NCBI GenBank assembly: GCA_002746895.1
Contig: PDRT01000047.1
Location: 760 to 64,759 of the forward strand
Source: Thiothrix nivea
GTDB taxonomy: Bacteria; Pseudomonadota; Gammaproteobacteria; Thiotrichales; Thiotrichaceae
Reading direction: 5' to 3'
DNA: 64,000 nucleotides
Below are positions 29,829 through 42,026 of this stretch, one piece after another. A model generated the notes under the pieces. The model was given only the letters and a program-made list of their open reading frames with translations, did not search any database and was not told the DNA's origin. The position numbers were made by a program, and so were the translations under genes. Numbering within the stretch: position 1 is the stretch's first letter; each line of letters starts with the position of its first letter.

Positions 29829-31277
29829 TTGTCATTTGTTAATTTAGGCTTACACGAAAGTATGGCCGCTAATATTGCGGATGCCGGCTACGAAGACCCG
29901 ACCGAATTACAGGAACAATTGATTCCGCTCATGTTACAGCGGAAGGATGTGATTGTCTGGACACAGTCTGCAGCCGGAAAGACAGGTGCTTTCCTCATTC
30001 CCGCCATTGATTATCTGCTTAATAATCCGCTGGATGAATATCAGGGCGCACGTATTTTAATCCTGACATCGCGCCGGGATCGCGTTAATCAGATTACCTA
30101 CACGGTCAAGCGTTTGCTTGGAGACTCACAGCAAATTCGTACCGGCTTTATTGTTAGCGGGCGTCCTTATCAACCACAAATGCGTTTGTTGCGGCGGCCA
30201 CTGGATTTAATGATTGCAACGCCCGGACGTTTAAATGACCTGGTTGATAACGGTAAGGCAGATTTTTCCGGCATTGAATTGCTGATTATCGACGATTTAA
30301 CCGCTATTTATAAAAAGGATCTGGCAACACTGGTTGATAAGATTGTTGCACAAAAACCGGAAACCACACCGATTGTTGCCTTTGTTCGACCCGATGAGGA
30401 AGTGACACCCTATACCCAGAATTTATTACAGGGTGCCAGCGAAATAACTATCGAAGATGAAAAAAGCCAGCTATTACAGTTAAAACAGCAGGTACACAGA
30501 GCCGATGACTTTTCACACAAACTGGATCTGACCCATCATTTATTAAATGCTCAGCGGGATAAACCCGCTGTCATTTTTACCAATTCATCCAAAACGGCAA
30601 AAACACTGGCCGATCATCTGGCCAATCTGGGGCATACTGCGGATGCCACACACTTACTGGCACCGGAAGAACGCAATCTGGAAGCCTGTCCGATTCTTAT
30701 CGTGCCGGATGATGAAAACTTTATACCGGAAATGGACGGTCATGTACCGGTAATCCATTTTGAAATCCCGGAAACAGCAGACGCCTATAGCCAGCGTTTA
30801 AAAAACCTGCTCGGAACAGAAGCTCACACCGAGATGGTGACGTTGTTAGTTGCACATGTCGAAAAAGATAACCTCAGGAAGCTGGAAGAATTTCTCGGTG
30901 AAAAACTGGAAAACAAAAATATTCCGGGTTTAGAGCCGAAACAAAATCCCCGCAGCAAAAAAGCAGGCACGAAACCTGGCCGTAAACCGCAACAACGTAA
31001 ACCGGGTATACAAACCCGTGGCAGAAAAGGTGTGGCGACAACCAATGACCGGCAGCGCACCCGCAAAGGCCCGTTCGGCCGCATCAATTCCGGCGGCAAC
31101 GCGCAACGTAAAAGCGGTAAAGGAAAAAGCCTTTTGAAATCAACACCGTCTGCTGACGGTAACTATGAAATTGGCAGCTGGGAAAGCCAGGATTATACGG
31201 CCAGGAAAAAACCGGACACCGAAAAGAAAGTCGTGATTCGCTACAAGGAAAAAAAGCGACGTACACTGATTAAATAA
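29829..31277 (+). CDS. DEAD-box helicase-like protein with degenerate catalytic motifs
   Basis: TTG start after ggag. Q motif (GYEDPTELQ), AGKT and IATPGRL are kept. Motif II reads DDLT and motifs III and VI are lost. Basic C-terminal tail. Confidence 0.75.
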   Translation: MSFVNLGLHESMAANIADAGYEDPTELQEQLIPLMLQRKDVIVWTQSAAGKTGAFLIPAIDYLLNNPLDEYQGARILILTSRRDRVNQITYTVKRLLGDSQQIRTGFIVSGRPYQPQMRLLRRPLDLMIATPGRLNDLVDNGKADFSGIELLIIDDLTAIYKKDLATLVDKIVAQKPETTPIVAFVRPDEEVTPYTQNLLQGASEITIEDEKSQLLQLKQQVHRADDFSHKLDLTHHLLNAQRDKPAVIFTNSSKTAKTLADHLANLGHTADATHLLAPEERNLEACPILIVPDDENFIPEMDGHVPVIHFEIPETADAYSQRLKNLLGTEAHTEMVTLLVAHVEKDNLRKLEEFLGEKLENKNIPGLEPKQNPRSKKAGTKPGRKPQQRKPGIQTRGRKGVATTNDRQRTRKGPFGRINSGGNAQRKSGKGKSLLKSTPSADGNYEIGSWESQDYTARKKPDTEKKVVIRYKEKKRRTLIK

Positions 31278-31339
31278 CATAGGATTTAACAGCATTTCAG
31301 GCTGTGACAGAGTTCTACCCACAGCCCCGGAAAAATTTG

Positions 31340-31741
31340 TCAGGCCAGTAACTTTTCCAGAATAGCTGCATTGGCTGCCGGAAAGCCCAGGCCCGGTAAT
31401 TCCTGCTTTGAGAACCAGCCTGTTTCCTGCCCTTCACACCCAGTAGGTTCACCGCTGAATGAATGCACCCGCCAGATATCCAGAAAAATGTTTTTCTCCG
31501 GGTAACGATGGCGTACCTCAAGAAACGGTTCCATTTTCTCAGGGTCCGCAATAATGCCTAATTCCTCGGTTAATTCCCGTGCCAGCGCAACTGTTGCCGA
31601 CTCCGTTGCTTCTACCTTCCCGCCCGGAAATTCCCACTTTCCGCCCTGATGTTTATGTTCAGGACGACGGGCCAACAGAATACGCCCATCCTGACCGAAA
31701 ATAACAGCAGCCACCACATGCAGCCACGGCTCTTTATCCAA
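31340..31741 (-). CDS. mutT: 8-oxo-dGTP diphosphatase (Nudix)
   Basis: HQGGKWEFPGGKVE...ARELTEELG, FPAAN. Follows secA-argJ. Start (TTG 31741) uncertain. Confidence 0.9.
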   Translation of the reverse strand: MDKEPWLHVVAAVIFGQDGRILLARRPEHKHQGGKWEFPGGKVEATESATVALARELTEELGIIADPEKMEPFLEVRHRYPEKNIFLDIWRVHSFSGEPTGCEGQETGWFSKQELPGLGFPAANAAILEKLLA

Positions 31742-31754
31742 ATCAGTGATGGAA

Positions 31755-32963
31755 TCAACTACGGTATTCGGCATTGATCCTGACGTAATCATAAGAAAAA
31801 TCACAGGTCCAGGTTGCAGCACTGGCCCCACCGCGCCCTAAAGCAATGCGCACCGTAATTTCATCCTGTTTCATGACCTGCTGTCCCTGCTCTTCGGTGT
31901 AGGAAGCAGCGGGCAAGCCCTTTTCAATCAACAGGATATTACCCAGCCACACCGTCACCAATGACACATCCAGGGTATCGACAGGACTACGCCCAATCGC
32001 TGCCAGAATGCGCCCCCAGTTAGGGTCACTGGCAAACATTGCGGTTTTCACCAGCGGTGACAAGGCGATAGTTTGCCCAACCGTACGGGCTTCTTCACGA
32101 TTCGCCGCGCCTTCGACATGAATGGTGATAAATTTAGTCGCCCCTTCACCATCCCGGACAATCGCCTGCGCCAGATATAAACAAACTTCCTGCACAGCCG
32201 CACGGAATTTATCCAGATTAATACCATCACCCCGCACACCGGACTGCCCGGTTGCCGCGAGAATCAGTGCATCATTGGTCGAGGTATCACCATCAACGGT
32301 AATACAGTTAAAGGTTTCATCGGCCACCTCACTTAACAATGTTTGCAACACTGTCTGATCAACAACAGCATCCGTCGCAACATACGACAACATGGTTGCC
32401 ATATCCGGATGAATCATCCCTGAGCCTTTGGAAATTCCGGTAATAGTGACCACTCCACCATCCAGCTCAACCTGACGGCTGACGGCTTTAGCAACCGTAT
32501 CCGTCGTCATAATCCCGGCAGCGGCCTGCGCCCAGTGATTCTCATCCAGTGCGGCAATCGCTGCCGGTAATGCTGCTACAAACCGCTCAGGCGGCAACTG
32601 CTCACCAATCACACCTGTGGAAAAAGGTAACACCGCCTCCGTCGGACAAGCTGCTAATTCTGCCAGCATGGCACAGGTGGCTCTGGCCGTCTGCAAGCCC
32701 TGCTCACCGGTACCGGCATTGGCATTACCGGCATTAATCAGCAGATAACGCGGCTCAGTCACCGCCAGGTGCTCCCGTGCCACCACCACCGGTGCCGCAC
32801 AAAATGCATTACGGGTAAAAACGGCGGCTACCTGACTTCCCTCAGCCAGCTCCATCAGCACCAGATCATCGCGCCCCTGATAACGGATACCGGCTGCCAC
32901 CGCCGACAGACGTACACCGGCTACCGGCAACAGGTTTTCAGGAGGAAATAAATGAACGGCCAT
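31755..32963 (-). CDS. argJ: Bifunctional ornithine acetyltransferase ArgJ
   Basis: [53 protein letters not shown]. Confidence 0.97.
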   Translation of the reverse strand: MAVHLFPPENLLPVAGVRLSAVAAGIRYQGRDDLVLMELAEGSQVAAVFTRNAFCAAPVVVAREHLAVTEPRYLLINAGNANAGTGEQGLQTARATCAMLAELAACPTEAVLPFSTGVIGEQLPPERFVAALPAAIAALDENHWAQAAAGIMTTDTVAKAVSRQVELDGGVVTITGISKGSGMIHPDMATMLSYVATDAVVDQTVLQTLLSEVADETFNCITVDGDTSTNDALILAATGQSGVRGDGINLDKFRAAVQEVCLYLAQAIVRDGEGATKFITIHVEGAANREEARTVGQTIALSPLVKTAMFASDPNWGRILAAIGRSPVDTLDVSLVTVWLGNILLIEKGLPAASYTEEQGQQVMKQDEITVRIALGRGGASAATWTCDFSYDYVRINAEYRS

Positions 32964-35683
32964 CAGCTCAACTTGCCATGACACTGCTTGTATTTCTTGC
33001 CGGAGCCACAAGGACAGGGATCATTACGTCCGACCTTGACTCCTTCACGCTTATAAGGCTGTTGCTCAACAGAGACCTCACCCGCACCGACTACTGCATC
33101 AACGACTTCATCATCAAATGCACTCTCAGCATCGGGGTGAGAGTATTGCACACCTTCCGATTCCACTGGCTCCATGACTTCCGCCATTTGTTGTGGCTCA
33201 CTGACCTGAATCCGCATCAGGAACATAATGACTTCATCCTTGATTTTTTCCAGCAACTCCCGGAACATTTCAAAGGCTTCACGCTTGTATTCCTGCTTCG
33301 GATTTTTCTGTGCATAACCGCGCAGGCCCACACTCTGGCGCAGGTAATCCATCGCAGCCAGATGCTCTTTCCACTGTGAATCCAGAATATGCAGCATGGC
33401 ATCACGCTCTAAACGCCGCATGCCCTCCGAACCAATCAACTCTTCCTTATGCGCCAGTACTTTTTCTGCCTCAGCCTGAATCCGTTCGCGCAGATTTTCT
33501 TCGTAAAGCGTATCATCATCATTCAACCACTGCTGTACTGGCAGACTCATTCCCAAATCACTGGCTAACCGCTCTTCCAGACCGGGGATATCCCACTGTT
33601 CATCCACACTGTTGGGCGGAATATGTTGGCTGATCAGATTATCCACCACATCAAGGCGAATAGAATGAATCATCTCCTGAATATCTTCCGCTTCCAGCAG
33701 ATCAGAACGCTGTTCATACACCACTTTACGCTGATCGTTGGCAACATCATCGTATTCCAGCAAGTGCTTGCGAATATCATAGTTATGTGCTTCAACCTTG
33801 CGCTGCGCATTCTCAATCGACTTGGACACCAGCCCGGCCTCAATCGCCTGACCTTTTTCCATGCCCAGTTTCTGCATCATCGCCTTGACCCGATCCGAGG
33901 CAAAAATGCGCATCAGATTATCTTCCAGCGACAAATAGAAACGCGAGGAACCCGGATCTCCCTGACGCCCGGCACGTCCCCGCAGCTGGTTATCAATCCG
34001 CCGTGACTCATGGCGTTCGGTACCCAGAATATGCAAACCACCAGCAGCCAGCACTGTATCATGCCGCTTTTGCCACAGCTCGGTGATTTTATCACGGGCC
34101 TCCTGTCCAGCATCGTCGGCCAATTGGCTCAGTTCGGCATCCAGACTGCCGCCCAGCACAATATCAGTACCCCGACCGGCCATATTGGTGGCAATCGTTA
34201 CCGCACCGGGACGACCGGCATTGGCAATGATATGTGCCTCACGCTCGTGCTGCTTGGCGTTCAGAATTTCATGCGGAATGCGCAGTTTTTTCAGCTTGCC
34301 GGACACCAGCTCGGAGGCTTCGATGGAAGCGGTACCCACCAGCACCGGGCGACCCTTTTCGACACATCCTTTAATGTCTTCGATAATCGCATCAAACTTT
34401 TCTTCTGCTGTCAGATAAATCAGGTCATTGGCATCATCACGAATCATCGGCCGGTGTGTCGGAATCACCACAACTTCCAGACCATAAATTTGTTGCAATT
34501 CGAAGGCTTCCGTATCCGCCGTACCGGTCATGCCGGATAATTTGTCATACAGGCGGAAGTAATTCTGGAAGGTAATAGAAGCCAGCGTCTGGTTCTCGGC
34601 CTGAATTTCCACCCCTTCCTTGGCCTCAACCGCCTGATGCAGACCTTCAGACCAGCGACGACCGGGCATGGTACGACCGGTGAACTCATCCACAATGACA
34701 ATCTTGCCATCACGCACGATATAATCGACATTCTTCTGAAACAGGGCATGAGCACGCAGACCAGCATTCAGGTGGTGCAACACGGCAATACTGGCAGAGT
34801 CATAAAGACCGGCACCGTCGGTCAGGATACCCAGCTCCTGCAACATTTTTTCGGCGTTTTCCTGACCATCCTCGGTCAGATAGACCTGCTTACCTTTTTC
34901 ATCCACCGAGTAATCGCCGGGGCCGTCTTCCTCTTCCTGGCGTACCAGCTGCGGAATCACATTATTAATCGCCATATACAGCCCGGAAGCATCCTGGCTA
35001 GGACCAGAGATAATCAGTGGGGTACGCGCCTCATCAATGAGGATGGAATCCACCTCATCCACTATCGCATAAGATAATTTACGCTGTACCCGTTCCTCTT
35101 TGGAGAACGCCATATTATCGCGCAGATAATCAAACCCGAACTCATTATTGGTACCGTAGGTAATATCTGCGGCATAAGCAGCACGGCGCTGTTCCTGATC
35201 CAACCCATTGATAATCACGCCGGTAGTCAAGCCAAGGAAACTGTACAGCTTTGACATCCATTCCGCATCACGCTGCGCCAGATAGTCATTCACGGTGATG
35301 ACATGCATGCCCTCACCCGGCAATGCGTTCAGGTAGGCAGCAAGCGTTGCGACCAGCGTCTTGCCCTCACCGGTGCGCATTTCGGCGATCTTGCCGCTAT
35401 TGAGTACCATACCGCCGATCAACTGCACATCATAATGCCGCATGCCCAACACACGCTGACTGGCCTCTCGCACAGTGGCAAAGGCTTCCGGCAAAATGTC
35501 ATCAAGACTCTCCCCGTCAGCCAGACGTTGCCGGAATACGGGTGTTTTACCCTGCAGCTCTGCATCGGTCAGCGCGGCATACTCATCTTCCAGTGCATTG
35601 ATGTTCTTGACAATTTTGTAGTAAGCCTTGACCAGACGGTCATTACGACTCCCAAAAATCTTTCTGGCAACGGAACCCAGCAT
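32963..35683 (-). CDS. secA: Preprotein translocase subunit SecA
   Basis: [40 protein letters not shown] motif [13 protein letters not shown]. Confidence 0.99.
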   Translation of the reverse strand: MLGSVARKIFGSRNDRLVKAYYKIVKNINALEDEYAALTDAELQGKTPVFRQRLADGESLDDILPEAFATVREASQRVLGMRHYDVQLIGGMVLNSGKIAEMRTGEGKTLVATLAAYLNALPGEGMHVITVNDYLAQRDAEWMSKLYSFLGLTTGVIINGLDQEQRRAAYAADITYGTNNEFGFDYLRDNMAFSKEERVQRKLSYAIVDEVDSILIDEARTPLIISGPSQDASGLYMAINNVIPQLVRQEEEDGPGDYSVDEKGKQVYLTEDGQENAEKMLQELGILTDGAGLYDSASIAVLHHLNAGLRAHALFQKNVDYIVRDGKIVIVDEFTGRTMPGRRWSEGLHQAVEAKEGVEIQAENQTLASITFQNYFRLYDKLSGMTGTADTEAFELQQIYGLEVVVIPTHRPMIRDDANDLIYLTAEEKFDAIIEDIKGCVEKGRPVLVGTASIEASELVSGKLKKLRIPHEILNAKQHEREAHIIANAGRPGAVTIATNMAGRGTDIVLGGSLDAELSQLADDAGQEARDKITELWQKRHDTVLAAGGLHILGTERHESRRIDNQLRGRAGRQGDPGSSRFYLSLEDNLMRIFASDRVKAMMQKLGMEKGQAIEAGLVSKSIENAQRKVEAHNYDIRKHLLEYDDVANDQRKVVYEQRSDLLEAEDIQEMIHSIRLDVVDNLISQHIPPNSVDEQWDIPGLEERLASDLGMSLPVQQWLNDDDTLYEENLRERIQAEAEKVLAHKEELIGSEGMRRLERDAMLHILDSQWKEHLAAMDYLRQSVGLRGYAQKNPKQEYKREAFEMFRELLEKIKDEVIMFLMRIQVSEPQQMAEVMEPVESEGVQYSHPDAESAFDDEVVDAVVGAGEVSVEQQPYKREGVKVGRNDPCPCGSGKKYKQCHGKLS

Positions 35684-35908
35684 AAGCTTATATTTCTCCT
35701 AGATGTATTCTGCCAGCTTGCGCTTAATGGCTGGTTGCCGGCATTTTCCCTGAGCCAACGCACAAGGCTGTTGATTAGCCCACCGCCACCGGCAGGCGCA
35801 CTGATAAGTTTATATATTTGGCCCAACAGGGATAAAACAAGATAACTGCCAAAAAAATAGCAGTATTGCAGCAAGTATATAAGCAATAACCGACTATACG
35901 GTGAATTA

Positions 35909-36871
35909 TTATTTATCAGCCTGTTTCAGATACCACTGCGGATCCACCCGTTGTCCTGCTTTAATAATTTCCAGATGCAGATGCGAACCCGTGGAGCGAC
36001 CGGTACTGCCCATCAGTGCAATACGCTCAGCCTTGCTGACCACACTTCCTTTCTCAACCAGTGCTTTATTCAGGTGAGCATAGCGACTGATCAGGTCATC
36101 GCCGTGATCAATTTCCACCACATTACCGTAACCGCCCTTGCGTCCGACAAAGGATACCACACCACCGGCTACGGCATGTATATCCGTACCTCGTGGCCCG
36201 GCGAAATCAATCCCGCCATGCATTCGTGTACGACCATTAAACGGATCACGGCGCCGACCAAAAGGAGAGGAGACATAACCTTTCTTGACTGGTGCTGATG
36301 AGGGCAAGACCTCTGCCTCCATCGCCCGGCCTTTCATTACCCGATATAAGGTTTCCAGCACATTGCCCTGTCGCGCCAGACGGGTCTCCATAAACTGAAA
36401 ACTCCCCAGTAACTCGCCGGTTGAAAGCTGTGGTGCCGCTGCGGGCATGTAATCTTCATCCAGACCACCCTGCGATGGCCTTTCGTCCAAAGCAAACTCA
36501 TCAGGATCCAGCTTTGCACGTTTAATAACCCGCCTGGCCAGGGCATTAATACGGGTAATTTCCGCTTCCATTGCGCCGAGACGGCGGGAAAATGTATCCA
36601 CATCAACGGTATAACTCGCATAGGTACGCTTGATTTCAGAGACCGTCGCCATCTGTTTTTCCAGGGCATTGATCATTTGACTGACGGCATTTCGCGTCAG
36701 CACAGACGGTTTTGGTGTATCATCCAGTTTATACAGCCCCAGCATCTGATTGACTGACAGACCAACAATCAGTAAGGCAATAATGCCGGCAGGTAAAACT
36801 AAATGTAAAATAGGATGCAGGCTAAAAGTGGCACGGCGAGAACCATCACCACTAATACAAATCACTTTCAT
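35909..36871 (-). CDS. M23 family metallopeptidase
   Basis: HGGIDFA (HxxxD) and STGSHLHLE (HxH). N-terminal TM and coiled region. Usual position upstream of secA. Confidence 0.92.
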   Translation of the reverse strand: MKVICISGDGSRRATFSLHPILHLVLPAGIIALLIVGLSVNQMLGLYKLDDTPKPSVLTRNAVSQMINALEKQMATVSEIKRTYASYTVDVDTFSRRLGAMEAEITRINALARRVIKRAKLDPDEFALDERPSQGGLDEDYMPAAAPQLSTGELLGSFQFMETRLARQGNVLETLYRVMKGRAMEAEVLPSSAPVKKGYVSSPFGRRRDPFNGRTRMHGGIDFAGPRGTDIHAVAGGVVSFVGRKGGYGNVVEIDHGDDLISRYAHLNKALVEKGSVVSKAERIALMGSTGRSTGSHLHLEIIKAGQRVDPQWYLKQADK

Positions 36872-36962
36872 TTCAACAACACTCGTAAGCCCTATCCAGA
36901 CAAAACAGCACGTGCGTGTTATTTTTGTTCGATCGCACGCAATACGGTACCCATACTATAGT

Positions 36963-37385
36963 ATGAAAAAAGTTGATTGTTTGATTAAAGGTAATTTTCT
37001 CAGCGAACGGCTTGATCAGTTTGACCAGCTGACCGGTGTGATCGAAGCCTTCTTTCAATTGCCGCTGGACAATCGGGTCTGGCCATTGGTGCGTGGCCGC
37101 AAACTGATACTGATGACGGATGACCCACATCTCGCTACCCAGGCCCGTTTTATGCAGAAACTGCTTTGCAAACACATCAATACTGAGCTTAAGCTAAACA
37201 TATCAAGGGTGGATATTAAGATCATGAGCCTGCCATTAGCCCAAAAAAGTCGAAATATAGACAGACATAGGGTCAATCAGCAAACTGCTAAAATCATAAA
37301 CAGCATTGCGGATACGATTGAGGATCCTGAACTGCAGTCAGCCTTGAAACAACTAATCCATGCTGACAGCCGAAAGGCAGAATAA
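36963..37385 (+). CDS. DUF721/DciA-like protein
   Basis: Divergent small gene between lpxC and the M23 gene. ATQARF and IEDPELQSALKQL. ATG at 36963. Confidence 0.7.
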   Translation: MKKVDCLIKGNFLSERLDQFDQLTGVIEAFFQLPLDNRVWPLVRGRKLILMTDDPHLATQARFMQKLLCKHINTELKLNISRVDIKIMSLPLAQKSRNIDRHRVNQQTAKIINSIADTIEDPELQSALKQLIHADSRKAE

Positions 37386-37424
37386 GCACAATAAACGGGG
37401 TCGTTAAATTTAAATATTCAGCTT

Positions 37425-38342
37425 TCAAACACCCGACAGCACATAATTATCTGCAAAGATTGTCTGCCGGTTCCGTTCCTTATCCAGCGTGACCATTTCC
37501 CAGCTGTCCTGTTGCTGTAACAGCTTTCTCACCAGCAGATTATTAATCGCATGCCCGGCCTTGTGACCGTGGAACGCACCGATAATACCATGCCCCAACG
37601 TATACAAATCACCGATAGCATCCAGCACCTTGTGGCGGACAAACTCATCCTGATAACGTAGGCCACCCGGATTCAGTACACGGTATTCATCCAGCACAAT
37701 GGCATTATCCAGACCGCCACCCAGGCCCAGATTCATGGAACGCATCTGCTCAATATCGCGCATAAAGCCGAAAGTACGGGCGCGGGCAATTTCACTGGCG
37801 TAAGGCTGCTCCGAGAAATTGACTTCAACGGTCTGCCCGGTGGCATTCACGGCAGGATGACTGAAATTGATGGAAAATGAGGCCTTGAAGCCCTCATACG
37901 GCGACAAAACCGCCCCGCTGTCGCCACGACGATATTCAACTGTCTTTTTGATGCGGATAAAACGCTTCGCGGCATTTTGCTCTTCAATACCGGCAGAACG
38001 CAGTAAATACAGAAATGGCGCGGAACTGCCATCCATAATCGGAATTTCTGCGGCATCCAGATCAACATAGACATTATCAATACCTAAACCTGCCAGAGCC
38101 GACAGTAAATGTTCGATGGTCGCCACCTTGACATCCCCGTCCACCAGCGCAGTGCACAAGGTCGTTTCACCCACCTTCTCCGGGTGTAAGGCAATCTCGG
38201 GATAACCTTCCAGATCAACCCTGCGGAAAACAACACCGGTATTCGGGGCTGCCGGACGCAGCACCATTGATACTTTTTTACCGGAATGCAACCCTATCCC
38301 TAACGTGGATACAGACGCTTTTAAAGTTCGTTGTTTAAGCAC
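37425..38342 (-). CDS. lpxC: UDP-3-O-acyl-GlcNAc deacetylase
   Basis: [35 protein letters not shown]. Confidence 0.98.
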   Translation of the reverse strand: MLKQRTLKASVSTLGIGLHSGKKVSMVLRPAAPNTGVVFRRVDLEGYPEIALHPEKVGETTLCTALVDGDVKVATIEHLLSALAGLGIDNVYVDLDAAEIPIMDGSSAPFLYLLRSAGIEEQNAAKRFIRIKKTVEYRRGDSGAVLSPYEGFKASFSINFSHPAVNATGQTVEVNFSEQPYASEIARARTFGFMRDIEQMRSMNLGLGGGLDNAIVLDEYRVLNPGGLRYQDEFVRHKVLDAIGDLYTLGHGIIGAFHGHKAGHAINNLLVRKLLQQQDSWEMVTLDKERNRQTIFADNYVLSGV

Positions 38343-38501
38343 GGTTCCATTGCCCTGATGATATGTTGAACTTGCTCATAATGCCGCTGCAAAAATAGCG
38401 CGGCGGAGTGTAGCACAATTTTTTAGACACTATATTATCAGGGTTCTTTTGCTTCAGGCTGAACAACATTTGCCCTTGTTGATCAATAAGTTCGGGGTAA
38501 A

Positions 38502-38528
38502 GGAGGCCGACAGGTAATACCGGCCTCC
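38502..38528 (-). terminator. Terminator-like hairpin after ftsZ
   Basis: ggaggccg...cggcctcc with a short T-run on the minus strand. Confidence 0.55.
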
Positions 38529-38559
38529 CCAAGGGCATGTGTTGTCGTGGTCAGATGGA

Positions 38560-39723
38560 TCAGTCCGCCTGATTGCGCAAAAAGGCCGGAATATCCAGCA
38601 CTCCGGACTCATAACCGGCACGCTGCTCATACACACCACGACCTGAAGTGGCACGACCTTCACCCACCGCAATTTTCTGCGGGATATTTTCCTCGATCTG
38701 TACCGGACGCAGGGTCGGGCGTGATTGGGCTTGTGCCTGCTTTGCAGCAGATGCAGTACTGACTGAATCATCTTCCAGACCGGTTGCCACCAGTGTCACC
38801 CGGATCTCATCACTCATTTCGGGATCAATGACTGTACCCACCACCACAGTCGCCTCATCAGAAGCAAATTCACGGATCACTTCGCCCACTTCTTCAAACT
38901 CGTGGATGCCCATATCCAGACCGGCAGTAATATTCACCAGAATACCCCGCGCACCATCCAGACAGACATCTTCCAGCAGCGGGCTGGAAATTGCAGCCTG
39001 TGCAGCCTTGGCGGCACGCTCATCACCCTGGGCACGACCAGTTCCCATCATCGACACCCCCATACCGGACATGGTGGTGCGCACATCAGCGAAATCCACA
39101 TTAATCAGACCCGGGCGGGTAATCAGCTCGGCAATACCCTGTACTGCGTTTAACAAGACATTGTTTGCCGCCTTAAAGGCATCCAGCAAAGAAACGTTTT
39201 TACCCAGTGAGGTCAGCAGCTTTTGATTCGGAATGGTAATCAGTGAGTCGACATGTTTGCCCAGCTCCGCAATCCCCATATCCGCCGCTTTCATACGCTT
39301 CGGACCTTCAAAGGGGAAAGGCTTGGTCACCACGGCTACAGTCAGAATACCCAGATCCCTAGCAATTTCTGCGACCACAGGCGCGGCACCGGTACCGGTT
39401 CCCCCTCCCATACCAGCAGTGATAAACAACATATCCGAACCGGCAATCAGCTCTTTAATACGCTCACGATCTTCCAGTGCCGCCTCACGGCCAACATCAG
39501 GATTTGCACCGGCACCCAGACCTTTTGTCAGGGCTGTACCCAGCTGTAAGACGGTTTTAATACCATTGCCCTGCAGCGCCTGTGCATCGGTATTCGCACA
39601 AATGTACTCAACACCTTCAATGCCGGACTCCAGCATATTCATTACCGCATTACCGCCACCGCCACCAACACCGACGACTTTAATGACAGCACCATTATCA
39701 ACATTATCCATTAGTTCAAACAT
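38560..39723 (-). CDS. ftsZ: Cell division protein FtsZ
   Basis: GGGTGTG tubulin signature and C-terminal [15 protein letters not shown] at 39723. Confidence 0.99.
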   Translation of the reverse strand: MFELMDNVDNGAVIKVVGVGGGGGNAVMNMLESGIEGVEYICANTDAQALQGNGIKTVLQLGTALTKGLGAGANPDVGREAALEDRERIKELIAGSDMLFITAGMGGGTGTGAAPVVAEIARDLGILTVAVVTKPFPFEGPKRMKAADMGIAELGKHVDSLITIPNQKLLTSLGKNVSLLDAFKAANNVLLNAVQGIAELITRPGLINVDFADVRTTMSGMGVSMMGTGRAQGDERAAKAAQAAISSPLLEDVCLDGARGILVNITAGLDMGIHEFEEVGEVIREFASDEATVVVGTVIDPEMSDEIRVTLVATGLEDDSVSTASAAKQAQAQSRPTLRPVQIEENIPQKIAVGEGRATSGRGVYEQRAGYESGVLDIPAFLRNQAD

Positions 39724-39896
39724 GCCCGTTTTCTCCAATTTAAAATGACACACAAATAATTAATAAATGATTCCCCGGATTCACTTTCTCGCTGCACTCA
39801 ATATGCTCGTTTCACTCGCCAACGGCTGGCCGAGATAAGCTGATGAGCTTTCTGATATTTTTTACCTCAAGCAGCAGCGAATCGAACCCGAAGCAA

Positions 39897-41135
39897 TTAA
39901 AAATTGCCGTTAAACCAGCTTTTCAACCGTTCCCAGAGACTTTCCGAGTCAACCGGACGGCTAAATGTCCGGGTCTCACCGTATGCCTGCTGTGCCAGAC
40001 CATACAACAGTAACCCCACTCCTGTGGAATGAACAGGATCCTGGACTTCACCGCGTAACCCGCCAATATCACGCGGCATACCAATCCGAACCGGCATGTG
40101 GAACACTTCCTCTGCCAGCTCGACAACACCCTGCATTTTTGAAGTACCACCGGTCAGCACAATCCCTGCTCCGATACGTTCTTCATAACCACTGTGGCGT
40201 AGTTCCTGTAAAACCAGCGAAAACAACTCTTCATAACGCGGCTCGATCACGGATGCCAAGGTTTGGGTAGACAGGCTGCGGGCTTCCCGCTCACCCACTC
40301 CCGGCACTTCAACAAAGGCTTCTTCCTCAACCAGCTGACGCAAGGCAGTACCGTAGTCAACCTTGATCCGCTCAGCATGTGGCGTCGGCGTTCTGACAGC
40401 AACGGCAATATCATTGGTTACCTGATCACCGGCAATCGGAATCACTGCCGTATGATGGATTGAACCATTCAGGAACACCGCGATATCGCTGGTACCACCC
40501 CCAATATCGACCAGACAGACTCCCAATTCTTTTTCATCTTCTTCCAGTACCGCATAGCTGGAGGCAACCTGCTCCAGAATGATGTCTTCAACCCGCAGGC
40601 CGCAACGTTCCACACATTTAACAATATTTTGTGCCGCACTGTGCGCTGCTGTCACCAGATGTACCCGCGCCTCCAACCGGACACCCGACATGCCGATGGG
40701 TTCACGAATCCCTTCCTGCTGATCAATAACATACTCCTGCGGTAAAACATGCAGGATTCTCTGATCTGCGGGAATCGCTACCGCACGAGCGGCATCCATC
40801 ACCCGATCAACATCAAAGGCCGTGACCTCCTTATCCTTAATGGCCACGATGCCGTGTGAATTCAGACTGCGCACATGGCTACCGGCAATACCGACATAAA
40901 CTGACTCAATCTGCATGCCGGACATCAGCTCGGCTTCTTCAATCGCCCGCTGAATCGACTGGATCGTCGACTCAATATTCACCACTACGCCTTTTTTCAG
41001 GCCGCGTGACGGATATGATCCGATACCGATCACTTCCAGCTTGCCCGCATCGGTAATCGTACCCACCAGCGCCACCACCTTTGAGGTGCCAATATCCAGC
41101 GCAACAATTGTATCCTGCTCAATTTTCTTTGACAT
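39897..41135 (-). CDS. ftsA: Cell division protein FtsA
   Basis: LDIGTSKV, VDIGGGTS, C-terminal amphipathic helix WERLKSWF. Confidence 0.98.
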   Translation of the reverse strand: MSKKIEQDTIVALDIGTSKVVALVGTITDAGKLEVIGIGSYPSRGLKKGVVVNIESTIQSIQRAIEEAELMSGMQIESVYVGIAGSHVRSLNSHGIVAIKDKEVTAFDVDRVMDAARAVAIPADQRILHVLPQEYVIDQQEGIREPIGMSGVRLEARVHLVTAAHSAAQNIVKCVERCGLRVEDIILEQVASSYAVLEEDEKELGVCLVDIGGGTSDIAVFLNGSIHHTAVIPIAGDQVTNDIAVAVRTPTPHAERIKVDYGTALRQLVEEEAFVEVPGVGEREARSLSTQTLASVIEPRYEELFSLVLQELRHSGYEERIGAGIVLTGGTSKMQGVVELAEEVFHMPVRIGMPRDIGGLRGEVQDPVHSTGVGLLLYGLAQQAYGETRTFSRPVDSESLWERLKSWFNGNF

Positions 41136-41138
41136 AAA

Positions 41139-42026
41139 TTAGCTCCCGAGCCACTCCGGCCTCATTGTTCCCGGATCACTCATGGCCCCGATCTGGTCGG
41201 AACCCTGCTTCCATTCAACTGCAAAACCATTGGTATATCGCAGATCCACCAAACGCACGTCTGAGAATTTCGCACGTAACGCCTGCATATATCCCACCCT
41301 GAAACGCCGGATGCGTTTCTCCTGTTCTTTGCGACCCATAATGACTTCCTGTCCCTGACGAAACTTCATTCGCCACACACCACGTTCATCCTCGGTCAGC
41401 TCCATAATCTCCAGGCCCAGACCATCCAGCAGCTTCATTAGCCGGACATAACGCTCGGCCATTTCCCGCCCCCCGTTTACCGGACTGTAAATCATCGGAA
41501 ATACCCCGGCCTTACCCACCAGTGTCCCGGGGAAAATCTCACCAAACTTGTTCATTAGCTGGTCTTTACCCCAAAAAGCCACCGGATACTGCTCTTCCAC
41601 ATTAATGAATAACTGCTCCGGCCAGGCCTTATTCAGGCTCACCGAACGCACCCAGGGGTTTGCCTCCAGTTCCTCCTCCAGCCCGTCAGCATCCAGCAGG
41701 TACAGATTGGTTGCCACATAAGGCCCTGCCAGAGCCTGTAATTCCGCCGGTTTCAGGTACTGCAAATCACCATTCAGCTCAACCTTACTGATACGCAGGT
41801 TTTCCGGATTATTCAGCCAGGTCATTGACCACATGACCGCCCCACCGAGCACCATCAGCACAGCAACACCCAGTAGCACATTAAGCAGGCGTGGCGATAA
41901 CGTAAGGGACTGCAGCGGATTTTTCCGCTGTTTTTTCAGCACAGTGCGCCGACCCACCGTAGTGGACTTCGGCACCTGTCGCTTCACTAGCTTCCGGTCG
42001 GGTCGGGGCTTCAATATCCTGGCCAT
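41139..42026 (-). CDS. ftsQ: Cell division protein FtsQ
   Basis: Single TM, POTRA region (PWV...WP), DLRYTNGFAV. Position in dcw cluster. Confidence 0.93.
   Translation of the reverse strand: MARILKPRPDRKLVKRQVPKSTTVGRRTVLKKQRKNPLQSLTLSPRLLNVLLGVAVLMVLGGAVMWSMTWLNNPENLRISKVELNGDLQYLKPAELQALAGPYVATNLYLLDADGLEEELEANPWVRSVSLNKAWPEQLFINVEEQYPVAFWGKDQLMNKFGEIFPGTLVGKAGVFPMIYSPVNGGREMAERYVRLMKLLDGLGLEIMELTEDERGVWRMKFRQGQEVIMGRKEQEKRIRRFRVGYMQALRAKFSDVRLVDLRYTNGFAVEWKQGSDQIGAMSDPGTMRPEWLGS

Noticed and set aside
35684-35908. Possible SecM-like arrest peptide upstream of secA
   Set aside because: No convincing start or RBS and no RAGP/RAPP-like motif. The ORF 35569-35886 overlaps secA out of frame.
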